From the NCBI GenBank assembly GCA_037441385.1, contig JBBISH010000068.1, positions 1-33,964 on the forward strand: a DNA stretch of 33,964 bases. The letters run 5' to 3'. Below the pieces are notes generated by a model. That model was not told where the DNA came from. It saw only the letters and a list, made by a program, of their open reading frames with translations, and did not search any database. The position numbers and the translations under genes were made by a program. Shown here in pieces: positions 18,485-26,774 of this stretch (position 1 is the stretch's first letter; each line of letters starts with the position of its first letter). Source of the DNA: Myxococcales bacterium (GTDB lineage: Bacteria; Myxococcota_A; UBA9042).

Positions 18485-21400
18485 CTAGTTGTAGTACGTG
18501 AACGCGTCCAAGATGTACTTCATCTCCAACTCGTAGTCGAAGACCGAGCCAGGATAGGCGCCGTCGTCTTGTTGGTTGACCACGTCGGCGTTGTAGGCGC
18601 GCACCACCAGGTAGGCGGCGATGTTGCGGTCATGATCCACCGCGATGAACTGGTTGCGGCTGGGGATGTAGGCCCAGGCCCAACGCTTGCCGTCCGGCGC
18701 CGAAAATTCATTATACGAATCGCTGTGGTACACGTCTTGACTGTTCTCTTGCACCAGCTTGGGGTCGTAGGTACAGGTGCCCAGGTCCGGGCAGCCGGGG
18801 AACTTGTGCTTGACCGCCACCGCGCGGAAGTAGTCCAGAAAATCCTGTTCACGATCGAACACTTGACCGCCAATCCAATCGCGAACCTCGTAGCGGCCGC
18901 CAAAGGCCGGGTCGTGGGTGTCCATGGCGAACTGCGCCAGCGCCAGGGGCTTGAAGTACGGGAACACGTCGTACTGCCCGCCGATCATCGACGTCACGGC
19001 GTCTTCGGCCACGGTCTCGTAGCTGGTGTCGGGCGAATAGGCGTAGCTGGCGATCCAGGCGCCGGCCTGGTTGACGTCGTAGTTGTCGGTCGGCCACAGG
19101 CCCACAAAGCTCTGCATGGCAAAGAGCTTGTCCAAGATGATGCCCTGCTGGGTGACGTCGCCGTAGTACTTGTCGTAGGTGGTGCGGAACGGCCGCTCGC
19201 CGGCCGATTGCTGAATGACGGCCTTGTGAAATGCCGCCATCATCTGGTTGGCGACCGACATCTCTTTGCTGAACTTGTTGGCCAGTTGGTCGTAGTAGTC
19301 CACGTCCGAGCCCTTGGGATCGGGATTCTGCACACCGATACGGCGCATGTCGTCGACGATGTCGCCTTGGTCCCAGTCGAACAGCCACATCGACATGAAC
19401 CGGCGCATGTCGGTGATCATCGCCGCGGGGATGTCGGCATAGGCGTGGATATCCCAGAACTTGCGGTACACGCGGTAGTTCGTCCACTTGTACTGCCACT
19501 CGTAGCGGTCGATATCGTTGGCCATGATCTCGCTGGGCGTGGTGCCCGAGTCGCCCATCCGGCACAACGGCGTGTAGCGCAAGTGCTGATGCGAGCAGTA
19601 CAAGAACTGCGTCTCGTTGCCCTTGCTGTCAAAGCCCAGCGGATCGGCCCACGGTGCGGTGGCGCTCGACTGGCCCGAGACGGCGGTCCCGGCGGCGCCC
19701 GCGGGCTTGGTGTTGGCGTAGATCCAGGCGATCGCACCGGCATCGTACGGCCCCCAGCCCGGCGACCAAAACACGCGGTCCGGCGCGGCGTTGTACTCCA
19801 TCACCGACGACGAATACATTCCGATGTGACTCTGCTTTTGCGCATCGGTATAGGTGGGGAAGTTGTTGCGATCCACCGAGGCCATGAAGTTGTGCTCCAG
19901 GCCCATGACGTGCCCGAACTCGTGCCACATCACCTGCGACCAGTAGCTGGTGATCAAGTGCTCGGTCCACTCTTCTTTGGTTTCCCAGTGACCCGCGCCG
20001 GTCTTGGCGTCGACCACGCAGTGGCGCGCGTCGTGCTTCATCAGCTCCAAGAACGAGAACGCGGCCGGCGCGTCCTTCTTTTGGGCGGCATGGGCGCGCT
20101 GGGTCAGCAGGCCCAGGTCGCGGTGGTTCACGGTCAGGTTGCGCCACTGAGCCAGGAACGCCGCGCTTTGCTGCAGGCCGTCCTTGCCGCTCATGCCGGC
20201 CACCGGCGACAGGCCCTTGTCGATCGCGCCGGCCTGCTTGTGGAATTCCGCTTCTTGGGCCAACGACTTCCACAGCTCGCCGGGGCCGTACACGCCGCCC
20301 TGCCCTTCGGGCGTCACGTACATGTTCATCTCTGGATCGGCATACACCCAGTACGGCAGCATCGCGTAGTAGGCGTGCAAGAAGTCGTCGTCTTGCTTGG
20401 CGATGAAGTCCTGCGTGCCCAGCGCGCCAAAGGTGGCCACCGGCTTTTGCATGTACTCCTGCATCTTGGCGATCAGGGTCGAGTTGCTGTTGTGCTTGGC
20501 CGCCACCAGCTCGTCCACGATGGGCATCGTGTCGCCGTCTTTGCACGCCGCGCCGCTGGGCGGATCCGGCCACGGATCGGGCGAGTTGATGTTCAAGCTG
20601 GCGCCGACCGACTGCAGGTAGAAGTCGATGCGCTGGACGTAGTAGTCCTTGATCGCAAAATCATTGATGTTGATCGAGGCCGACAGCGTCTCGCCGCTGC
20701 GCGGATCGGTCACGAACTGGGCGATGCCGGCAAACGAGTCCTGGCTGTCCTTGTCGCTAATCCAGCGCACGAAGTTGTAGCGCACATCGCCGTATTGCCG
20801 CGGCTTTTCGCCCTTCTTCAGGTCCTGGTCAAAGTTCTTGAAGGTGATGCGCATCGGCACGCCCGGCCCCGTCGGATTCTTCAGCTTGGCCGCCTTGTCG
20901 GCCGCCTCGAGTAGCTTGTTGGTGCCCTCGGCCACGCCGCCCGGCCCGTTGAAGATGACCTTGTAGTTTTCGGGGAAGCCCTGGGCGAAGTACCAGACAT
21001 TGTCCTTTTTGCTGGGGTCGAAGCGCATCACCAACTCGCGGCCCGCCAGCAAGCCCGAGTTCGCGTCGCGCGCCACCGACAGGTAGGTGATCGGCCCGTA
21101 CTTGTGGTGGATCGGGTCTTTTTCGCCCACTTCCAGCGGCTGGTAGGTGGGCTTGGGGTTGGCGCGCGTCAGCGAGTACAGGATGCGGAAGGTCACGTTG
21201 TTCTTGCCGATCAGCGCGGCGGCCGAGCCCATCGGACCAAAGCTCTCGACGCAGGCCGGGTCGTCCCACTTGAGCGCCACGCTGGTCTCGACCGTCCACT
21301 GCAGGTAGCCGGTGGTTTCATCGCGGACGAACGAGCCGGGCACCAGGGTGCTGCTGGCGTGGCCGATGTCGGTGCAGCGCTCTAGGCCGTAGGTGGTGTA

Positions 21401-21922
21401 GGGCCCGAACACCTTGGCATCGCTGCCATCGGCCTTGTCCAGGTTGATCTTGACCCACTGGCGCACCTGCCAGTCCAGCTCTTGATTTTCTTCGTACAGG
21501 TTGGTGTTTTCGCCGTCCAGGTTGACGTGGAACTTCAGGTCCACGTTGGTGATCGGCCAGCTGTTGACCACTTCGCCCACTTTGCCAGGCGTTTCGGCCG
21601 AGAGGTCGTGCAGGCTGACGAGTTCGAGCTTGTTCTGCGTCACCCGGAAGCGCACGTATTGCCCGCCGCTTTCCATGCCCGAGAACAGGCTGATGGCGTC
21701 GCCGCCGAGCGGGTTGGGTGTCGACGTCTCGACCACAGTGGCCTTCATGAACCAGCCCGGGTCGCCCTGGCCGCCCTCGCCGGGCTGCACCAAGAATGAC
21801 TTCTTCAGGTACTGATTCTCGTTGAAGACGGCGTTGCGCGCCGGGCGGTCTTCGACGCAGCCGGCGGCGAGACTCGTGGCCAGCAGGGCGGCAGCGGCGA
21901 CAAACGAAGAAGTGCGCATCAT
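18485..21922 (-). CDS. Zinc-dependent metalloprotease (metzincin, EcxA/DUF4953-like) lipoprotein
   Basis: HEFGHVMGLEHNF (HExxHxxGxxH), Met-turn SSSVMEY, GDVRYNFVRW and DPRSGE; signal MMRTSSFVAAAALLATSLAAG-C. Start ATG 21922 or 21919. Confidence 0.92.
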   Translation of the reverse strand: MMRTSSFVAAAALLATSLAAGCVEDRPARNAVFNENQYLKKSFLVQPGEGGQGDPGWFMKATVVETSTPNPLGGDAISLFSGMESGGQYVRFRVTQNKLELVSLHDLSAETPGKVGEVVNSWPITNVDLKFHVNLDGENTNLYEENQELDWQVRQWVKINLDKADGSDAKVFGPYTTYGLERCTDIGHASSTLVPGSFVRDETTGYLQWTVETSVALKWDDPACVESFGPMGSAAALIGKNNVTFRILYSLTRANPKPTYQPLEVGEKDPIHHKYGPITYLSVARDANSGLLAGRELVMRFDPSKKDNVWYFAQGFPENYKVIFNGPGGVAEGTNKLLEAADKAAKLKNPTGPGVPMRITFKNFDQDLKKGEKPRQYGDVRYNFVRWISDKDSQDSFAGIAQFVTDPRSGETLSASININDFAIKDYYVQRIDFYLQSVGASLNINSPDPWPDPPSGAACKDGDTMPIVDELVAAKHNSNSTLIAKMQEYMQKPVATFGALGTQDFIAKQDDDFLHAYYAMLPYWVYADPEMNMYVTPEGQGGVYGPGELWKSLAQEAEFHKQAGAIDKGLSPVAGMSGKDGLQQSAAFLAQWRNLTVNHRDLGLLTQRAHAAQKKDAPAAFSFLELMKHDARHCVVDAKTGAGHWETKEEWTEHLITSYWSQVMWHEFGHVMGLEHNFMASVDRNNFPTYTDAQKQSHIGMYSSSVMEYNAAPDRVFWSPGWGPYDAGAIAWIYANTKPAGAAGTAVSGQSSATAPWADPLGFDSKGNETQFLYCSHQHLRYTPLCRMGDSGTTPSEIMANDIDRYEWQYKWTNYRVYRKFWDIHAYADIPAAMITDMRRFMSMWLFDWDQGDIVDDMRRIGVQNPDPKGSDVDYYDQLANKFSKEMSVANQMMAAFHKAVIQQSAGERPFRTTYDKYYGDVTQQGIILDKLFAMQSFVGLWPTDNYDVNQAGAWIASYAYSPDTSYETVAEDAVTSMIGGQYDVFPYFKPLALAQFAMDTHDPAFGGRYEVRDWIGGQVFDREQDFLDYFRAVAVKHKFPGCPDLGTCTYDPKLVQENSQDVYHSDSYNEFSAPDGKRWAWAYIPSRNQFIAVDHDRNIAAYLVVRAYNADVVNQQDDGAYPGSVFDYELEMKYILDAFTYYN

Positions 21923-21978
21923 CGGTTGACCTGTGGCGCCCTCAGGCGCTCGCAAAAGGCTAACAGTCTCAGTTCATT

Positions 21979-24900
21979 CTAATACTCGCCGGGGAGCCAC
22001 AGCGAGGCGTCGTTGACGCGGCCGTAGCCACCGCCTTGGGTCACGCCGATGCGCACCCCGTTGACGGTCGAGATGACGTAGTCCGGGAAGTTGGCGTACG
22101 GGCTGTAGCGCACGATCAGGCCACAGGCCTGCTGCGCGCCGGGGTGCTTGTCGATCCAGTCCACCACGGTGGCGACGCTGTCGTACATGCCCACGTGCAG
22201 CAAATCGCGCGTATAGGGGTCCATGCACAAGAACACTTCGCCCAAGAAGTCGATGGAGTCCACCGCCATCACGTTCACGGGCCCGGTGCCGTCGGCGGGC
22301 GCGCCGGCCGGCAGTTGATAGTGCAAGTTGAAGCTGGTGGTGGTGCCGCTGAAGTCGAGCAGACCGGCCTGCACCAGCTTGTCTTGCTGGCCGTTGAGCG
22401 GCCACAAGAAGCCGTAACCGGGTTGCGGCGGCGCCCACGGCTCGACCAAGACCTCGATGGGCGTGCCGGGCGCAGAAGTCGCGTCGTACGGGTCGCTGCT
22501 GGTGTTGATTTTGACCTTGGCCGCCTGCAGGTTGGGGTACGTCGCCTGGATCTCCAACTTGTCGCTGCCCAAGCTGAACACCGTAGAGCGGCCGGCAAAG
22601 GCCCCCTTGTAGGGCGCCAGGATCGGCTTGCCGCCGGCCAGCAGCGGCATGACCATCGGCGCATTTTTGTCCGAAGGATCAGCTACGTAGAATGGATCGA
22701 GCGGTGGCAGCTGGGCCACGCCCACGTCGTTGGTGCAAGCGGTGGCGGTGTCTTGCATCTCGGCGTCGGTCTTCCAAGTGGCCGTGGCACACTGATAGGC
22801 GGTGCGGGTGGCGGTGTCTTGGTACGCCCCGGCCAGCACTGGGCTGCCAAAACGTTGGTCAAGGTCAGGGTCGTTTTCTTTGCCCGGCGGATCGCCCTTG
22901 TTCTCGGTCAGGGCGGTGTAGATGGCCTTCTCGTCGCGGTTGAGCAGGCGGTCGAAATTGTAGTCGTACAGCGTGCCGTTCAGGATGTCGGCCTTGACCA
23001 CAAAGTCCAGCGGCTCTTGGGTGGCGCTGACAAAGCGGCGGTCCACGTACTCGGCCAGTTCGTATTGACCCGCGCCCTCCGAGTCAAAGAACAGCTCGTT
23101 GTCGTCGACCGGCACGGCGTCCACGTCGAGCTTTTGGCCATCCGAGCTGCCCATCATGTACTTGAGCAGCGCGTACACGTACATCTTGAAGTAGAAGCGG
23201 CGATCGCGAATCTCGGGCGGCAAGTTGTTCACGTCGCCCTTGCCCAGCACTTCGCGGACGCGGTCGAACGAGGTGTCCCACAGCGAGCCGGACCGGCCGT
23301 AGGGATCGCTGGCGCCGCAGTTGACATAGCCGGTCTGGAGATCGCCGGTGGCGTCCATGCAGAACGCGGCCAAGGGCTTGCCGGGCTTGAGGCCCAGCGT
23401 ACCGATGATTTGGCCCGCGGCGGCGCCCAACCGGATGCGGTTGGACGGGTTGGCGGTGGTGGCGGTGGCGGCGGCGGGCATCGCAGTGACGAAGCCCTCA
23501 AAGCCTGTGCAATTCTTGGCGTAGTCGAACGTCTTGGGGTCAAAGCCACTCAGGTCGTCGGGCCACAGGCAGGCGGGGTCACCCAGTTCGTGAGTCGGCG
23601 CTGCGGGATCGGCGAGCTGGAGCTGGCGGTTGATCTCGGCCTGCACCAGCTTGGCGTACTCAAAGTAGACCGCGCCCGAGCCGTGCAGGTCGTTGGTGCT
23701 GTCGTCGGCCGACCAGTCGTTGGCAAAGTGGCCCAGCGTGTTGGCGTCGAACGTCAGCCGGGCGGCCTTGTCGCCGGGCACCGGCCGGTCCTGATCGCGC
23801 AGCACGTCAAAGGGCCCCAGGGCGCTCGAGACAAAGTCCACGTCTACGCCCGACGAGTCGAACACAAAAGTCTCGGCGTCGTGGGTGATGTTGCCTGTGA
23901 GCTTGTTGTAGTTCAGCGCGTCTTTCTTGGCGTCGCCGGTCACGTTGACGCAGCCGTCGAGCAGCGCCTGCCAGGTCATGCCCAGGCTGATGGTGCAGTC
24001 CTTGCCCGGTTTGCCCGGACTGGCACCCAGGCCCTTGATGCTGGTGGTGGGGCCCACGGCGTCCAGCTTGAGCTCGGGGCGGCCCAGGGTGAACGGCATG
24101 ACGCGCGGCAAGCGCATGTCGATGCGCATGAACGTAGACGGCGTGGGCTGTGGCGCCAAGGGGTTGTTGACCCAGATGTGCAGGCCGAGCGGCCAAATGC
24201 GCAGGGCGCCCTGCTCGGGGAACACGGTCTGCGTGCAGTGACCGTTGCCGATGCAGCCGCCCTTGGTGATGTCTTCCGCAGGCAGGTCCGGGGCATAGGT
24301 GGCAAAGAGCGCGTCGACGATCTCGGTCGCAACCGCGTTGAACTTGGCCGGGTCGGTCCAGTCGATCGGGTATTTCTTGCCGTTCTTGGTGATCTGGGTG
24401 CCGATCTGGATGACGAACTTGTCTTGGCCGTTGCGCGACGTGAAATCCAGGCTGCCCACGTAGCCCGGCCACAGCGAAATCCACTGAATTTTATTATGGT
24501 TCGCAATGTCGTACTTGATCCAGACCTCGCCCTGGTCACCCCAGGCGTTGACCAGGGTGCCGTCGCCGAACTGGTCGCCGTAGGTCTCGCTTTGGCAGTT
24601 GATCTTTTCGGCCTGCTCTACGGTCATCCCGGTCCATGCGTCGCCGCCCACGCCGTCGATGCCCGCGGCCTTGGTGGGCGGCAGGATCGGTTCGGTGACC
24701 ATCTTGGCCCAGCGGGCGGCGCGCTGTTCGCCGGTGCAGATTTCCTGCTTGTTGGCCCCGCCGGCAAAATCGGCGGCAAACCCTTGGGTGGCCTGATCGT
24801 CGACGTGGCCTTTGGTCTTGCCGTCGTTCCACTTGTCGGCAGCGCCGCTGGGTGCCGGCTTCAGGGTCTGGTTGGGTCCGTCTTCGCAGCCCGTGGCCAG

Positions 24901-25209
24901 CAGCGCGGCGCCCACGAGCGCAGCGGCCACGACCGCCCAAGTCCGCACGGTCGAGCGATTTGGCCCGGACCCGGCCCCGACTGGGCTGGCGACGCGGCCC
25001 CCACCATACGTGCTGGTTCGGGTTTGCCCGCAGAAATCGGCAAGGTCGGTTGGGACGCGCGGGCCACCGGATCGGCGCACGGGCGACCCCTCAAGATCGT
25101 TCTGCAACTGGCGAGAATCAGGCGCGGACCCCGGTCCGGGCCCGAAGGTCCGCCTGGGTGTTCGGTCGGATTGGGACGGAACCGGGGTGACTTGCTGGTT
25201 CATCATCAT
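21979..25209 (-). CDS. Large lipoprotein of unknown function
   Basis: Long ORF with gene-like codon usage and lipobox AAALVGAALLATG-C; no domain recognised. Alternative start GTG 24948 gives a canonical-length signal peptide (MRTWAVV...). Confidence 0.85.
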   Translation of the reverse strand: MMMNQQVTPVPSQSDRTPRRTFGPGPGSAPDSRQLQNDLEGSPVRRSGGPRVPTDLADFCGQTRTSTYGGGRVASPVGAGSGPNRSTVRTWAVVAAALVGAALLATGCEDGPNQTLKPAPSGAADKWNDGKTKGHVDDQATQGFAADFAGGANKQEICTGEQRAARWAKMVTEPILPPTKAAGIDGVGGDAWTGMTVEQAEKINCQSETYGDQFGDGTLVNAWGDQGEVWIKYDIANHNKIQWISLWPGYVGSLDFTSRNGQDKFVIQIGTQITKNGKKYPIDWTDPAKFNAVATEIVDALFATYAPDLPAEDITKGGCIGNGHCTQTVFPEQGALRIWPLGLHIWVNNPLAPQPTPSTFMRIDMRLPRVMPFTLGRPELKLDAVGPTTSIKGLGASPGKPGKDCTISLGMTWQALLDGCVNVTGDAKKDALNYNKLTGNITHDAETFVFDSSGVDVDFVSSALGPFDVLRDQDRPVPGDKAARLTFDANTLGHFANDWSADDSTNDLHGSGAVYFEYAKLVQAEINRQLQLADPAAPTHELGDPACLWPDDLSGFDPKTFDYAKNCTGFEGFVTAMPAAATATTANPSNRIRLGAAAGQIIGTLGLKPGKPLAAFCMDATGDLQTGYVNCGASDPYGRSGSLWDTSFDRVREVLGKGDVNNLPPEIRDRRFYFKMYVYALLKYMMGSSDGQKLDVDAVPVDDNELFFDSEGAGQYELAEYVDRRFVSATQEPLDFVVKADILNGTLYDYNFDRLLNRDEKAIYTALTENKGDPPGKENDPDLDQRFGSPVLAGAYQDTATRTAYQCATATWKTDAEMQDTATACTNDVGVAQLPPLDPFYVADPSDKNAPMVMPLLAGGKPILAPYKGAFAGRSTVFSLGSDKLEIQATYPNLQAAKVKINTSSDPYDATSAPGTPIEVLVEPWAPPQPGYGFLWPLNGQQDKLVQAGLLDFSGTTTSFNLHYQLPAGAPADGTGPVNVMAVDSIDFLGEVFLCMDPYTRDLLHVGMYDSVATVVDWIDKHPGAQQACGLIVRYSPYANFPDYVISTVNGVRIGVTQGGGYGRVNDASLWLPGEY
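25064..25190 (-). repeat. Repeat family B, full-length copy in reverse orientation
   Basis: Reverse complement includes GCCTGATTCTCGCCAGTTGCAGAACG, identical to 9650-9675, with collinear flanks. Confidence 0.88.
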
Positions 25210-25430
25210 GCTTTTCCGTGGCGCCAGCGGCCATGGGCAGCTGGTTCAGAAGTGGCGTAATGCAGCGAAACTGCAGGGCCGATTGCGCTTGGATCGCGAT
25301 CGCCCCCGCCAAGCGCCTGGCGTGCGCCAGCGGGGTCGAACTCAGGCGAGGCGGGGTTGCACACCGACTCATTGAGTAGGCGCGGCGGTATACCAACTTC
25401 CTGGTTGCAGTTCAAGGTTGGGGGCCGTGC

Positions 25431-25534
25431 AAAAATCCAGGCGATTTGGGCGGGCGCGAACCGCGGTCCCCGGCCGGATTCTCGCGGACGGCCGACCGGG
25501 TCATAGGGACCGTACAAGCCTGAATTCCGTGGTG
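25431..25534 (+). repeat. Repeat family B, diverged copy
   Basis: CGGGCGCGAACCGCGGTCCCCGGCCGGATTCTCGC...GACCGGGTCATA...CCGTACA aligns with 9611-9711. Confidence 0.75.
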
Positions 25535-25688
25535 TTCGTGGTATACAGCTGTGCGACGCGCCGCCCGCTACGCGCCCGCCGGGTGGGCGCCGTTCACTGG
25601 CGGACGGGCGCCGCAGCCAGCGCGGCTGGGCCAAGCTTGACCTGCCCGGTCCCGACGCGCAGCATCGGGGCACTGCGAGGCGGGCGCC

Positions 25689-26765
25689 ATGGGCAAACAG
25701 AAAGGCGACAAAGACAACGGCAACAAAGTCGACGGCAACAGAGTCGACGGCAACCGAGACAAGGGCGACAAGAAAAAGCCGAGCTCAGACGTGCTGATGA
25801 CGGTCCTGGGGATGGTGGTGCTGCTGGGTGGCACCTTCGGCATCATCATCGGCTGGGAATACTGGTCGGATCGCCACTTGAGCGACCGGCTGGACGGCGT
25901 GGCCCTGACCTCGTACGGCGTGCTGGGGGTGGTGGGCATCAACCACTCGGCCAAGGGGTCCGGCCACACCGACTATCGCCTGAGCCTGATCGACGCGCGG
26001 GGCGGCCAGCGCAAGGCGATGCAGGTGCTCGACAGTTATCGTCCGCGCTGCGAGGAGTTGGCCGGTGGCAACCTCTGGTGCCGCAGCAAGGGTGAGTTGG
26101 CCTTGCTCAAGCTGCCGACGTTGGAGGTGCAGGCCTCGTGGCCGGCGCTGAAGAAGCAACTGCCCGAGCTGGCCTCCGGGCTGGACGGCGAAGGGGGCTG
26201 GATCAAGGTCGTAGGCGAGCGGGTACTGGTCACGGCGAACGATGGCCGGACATGGCTCGTGGGCGGCGCGCCACCTACGGCAGTGGCGGCGGACGCGGCC
26301 GCGATCAAGTCGGCGGTCGAGATTGCCCTGCCCAAGCACCTGGAGTACTCGGCTGCGGTGGGCGGGGTGTCCTTCGATTTTGGAGCGTGGCAGGGACGGC
26401 GCCGGCACGTGCGGGCCCTGCCGGTGGGCGCCAAGTCCAGCGCCGCCGTGGAGTCGGCCGATACCTACCTAGAGGGCGGATTCGTGACGATCCATAGCCT
26501 GGATCGGTCGCCGGCCGTGCTGCCTGGGCCGCCCAGTGTGCTGGTGCTGCACAAGACGTCGATGCAGTCGAGCGACGCGCAGCAGCTGCTGACGCGCGTG
26601 GACGCCCAAGGCAAGGCGCTGTGGACGCGCGATTTGGGCCACGGCCACTTGCAGCTGGCTGTTTTTGAGGGCGACATGTTGACCTTGGTGGGCGATTTCC
26701 CCGACGGCGCGGCGCTGGGCCTTGATCCAGCGACTGGTGTGGAGCGCTGGCGGACCGGACTGTAG
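25689..26765 (+). CDS. Membrane-anchored protein with PQQ-like propeller C-terminus (resembles PA2928-type proteins)
   Basis: Charged N-terminus, one TM helix (VLMTVLGMVVLLGGTFGIIIGW), LTRVDAQGKALW and GLDPATGVERW repeats. Family resemblance is from recollection only. Confidence 0.8.
   Translation: MGKQKGDKDNGNKVDGNRVDGNRDKGDKKKPSSDVLMTVLGMVVLLGGTFGIIIGWEYWSDRHLSDRLDGVALTSYGVLGVVGINHSAKGSGHTDYRLSLIDARGGQRKAMQVLDSYRPRCEELAGGNLWCRSKGELALLKLPTLEVQASWPALKKQLPELASGLDGEGGWIKVVGERVLVTANDGRTWLVGGAPPTAVAADAAAIKSAVEIALPKHLEYSAAVGGVSFDFGAWQGRRRHVRALPVGAKSSAAVESADTYLEGGFVTIHSLDRSPAVLPGPPSVLVLHKTSMQSSDAQQLLTRVDAQGKALWTRDLGHGHLQLAVFEGDMLTLVGDFPDGAALGLDPATGVERWRTGL
25713..25757 (+). repeat. 3 x 15-bp coding tandem repeat
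   Basis: GACAACGGCAACAAA GTCGACGGCAACAGA GTCGACGGCAACCGA encodes DNGNK-VDGNR-VDGNR. Confidence 0.8.
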
Positions 26766-26774
26766 CGCCCCTAA

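Noticed and set aside
22036..25260. 1074-aa plus-strand ORF, and similar ones at 18320-20914, 2761-4494 and 29009-30589
   Set aside because: Antisense shadows of high-GC3 genes with no motifs; the opposite strand carries the recognisable protein.
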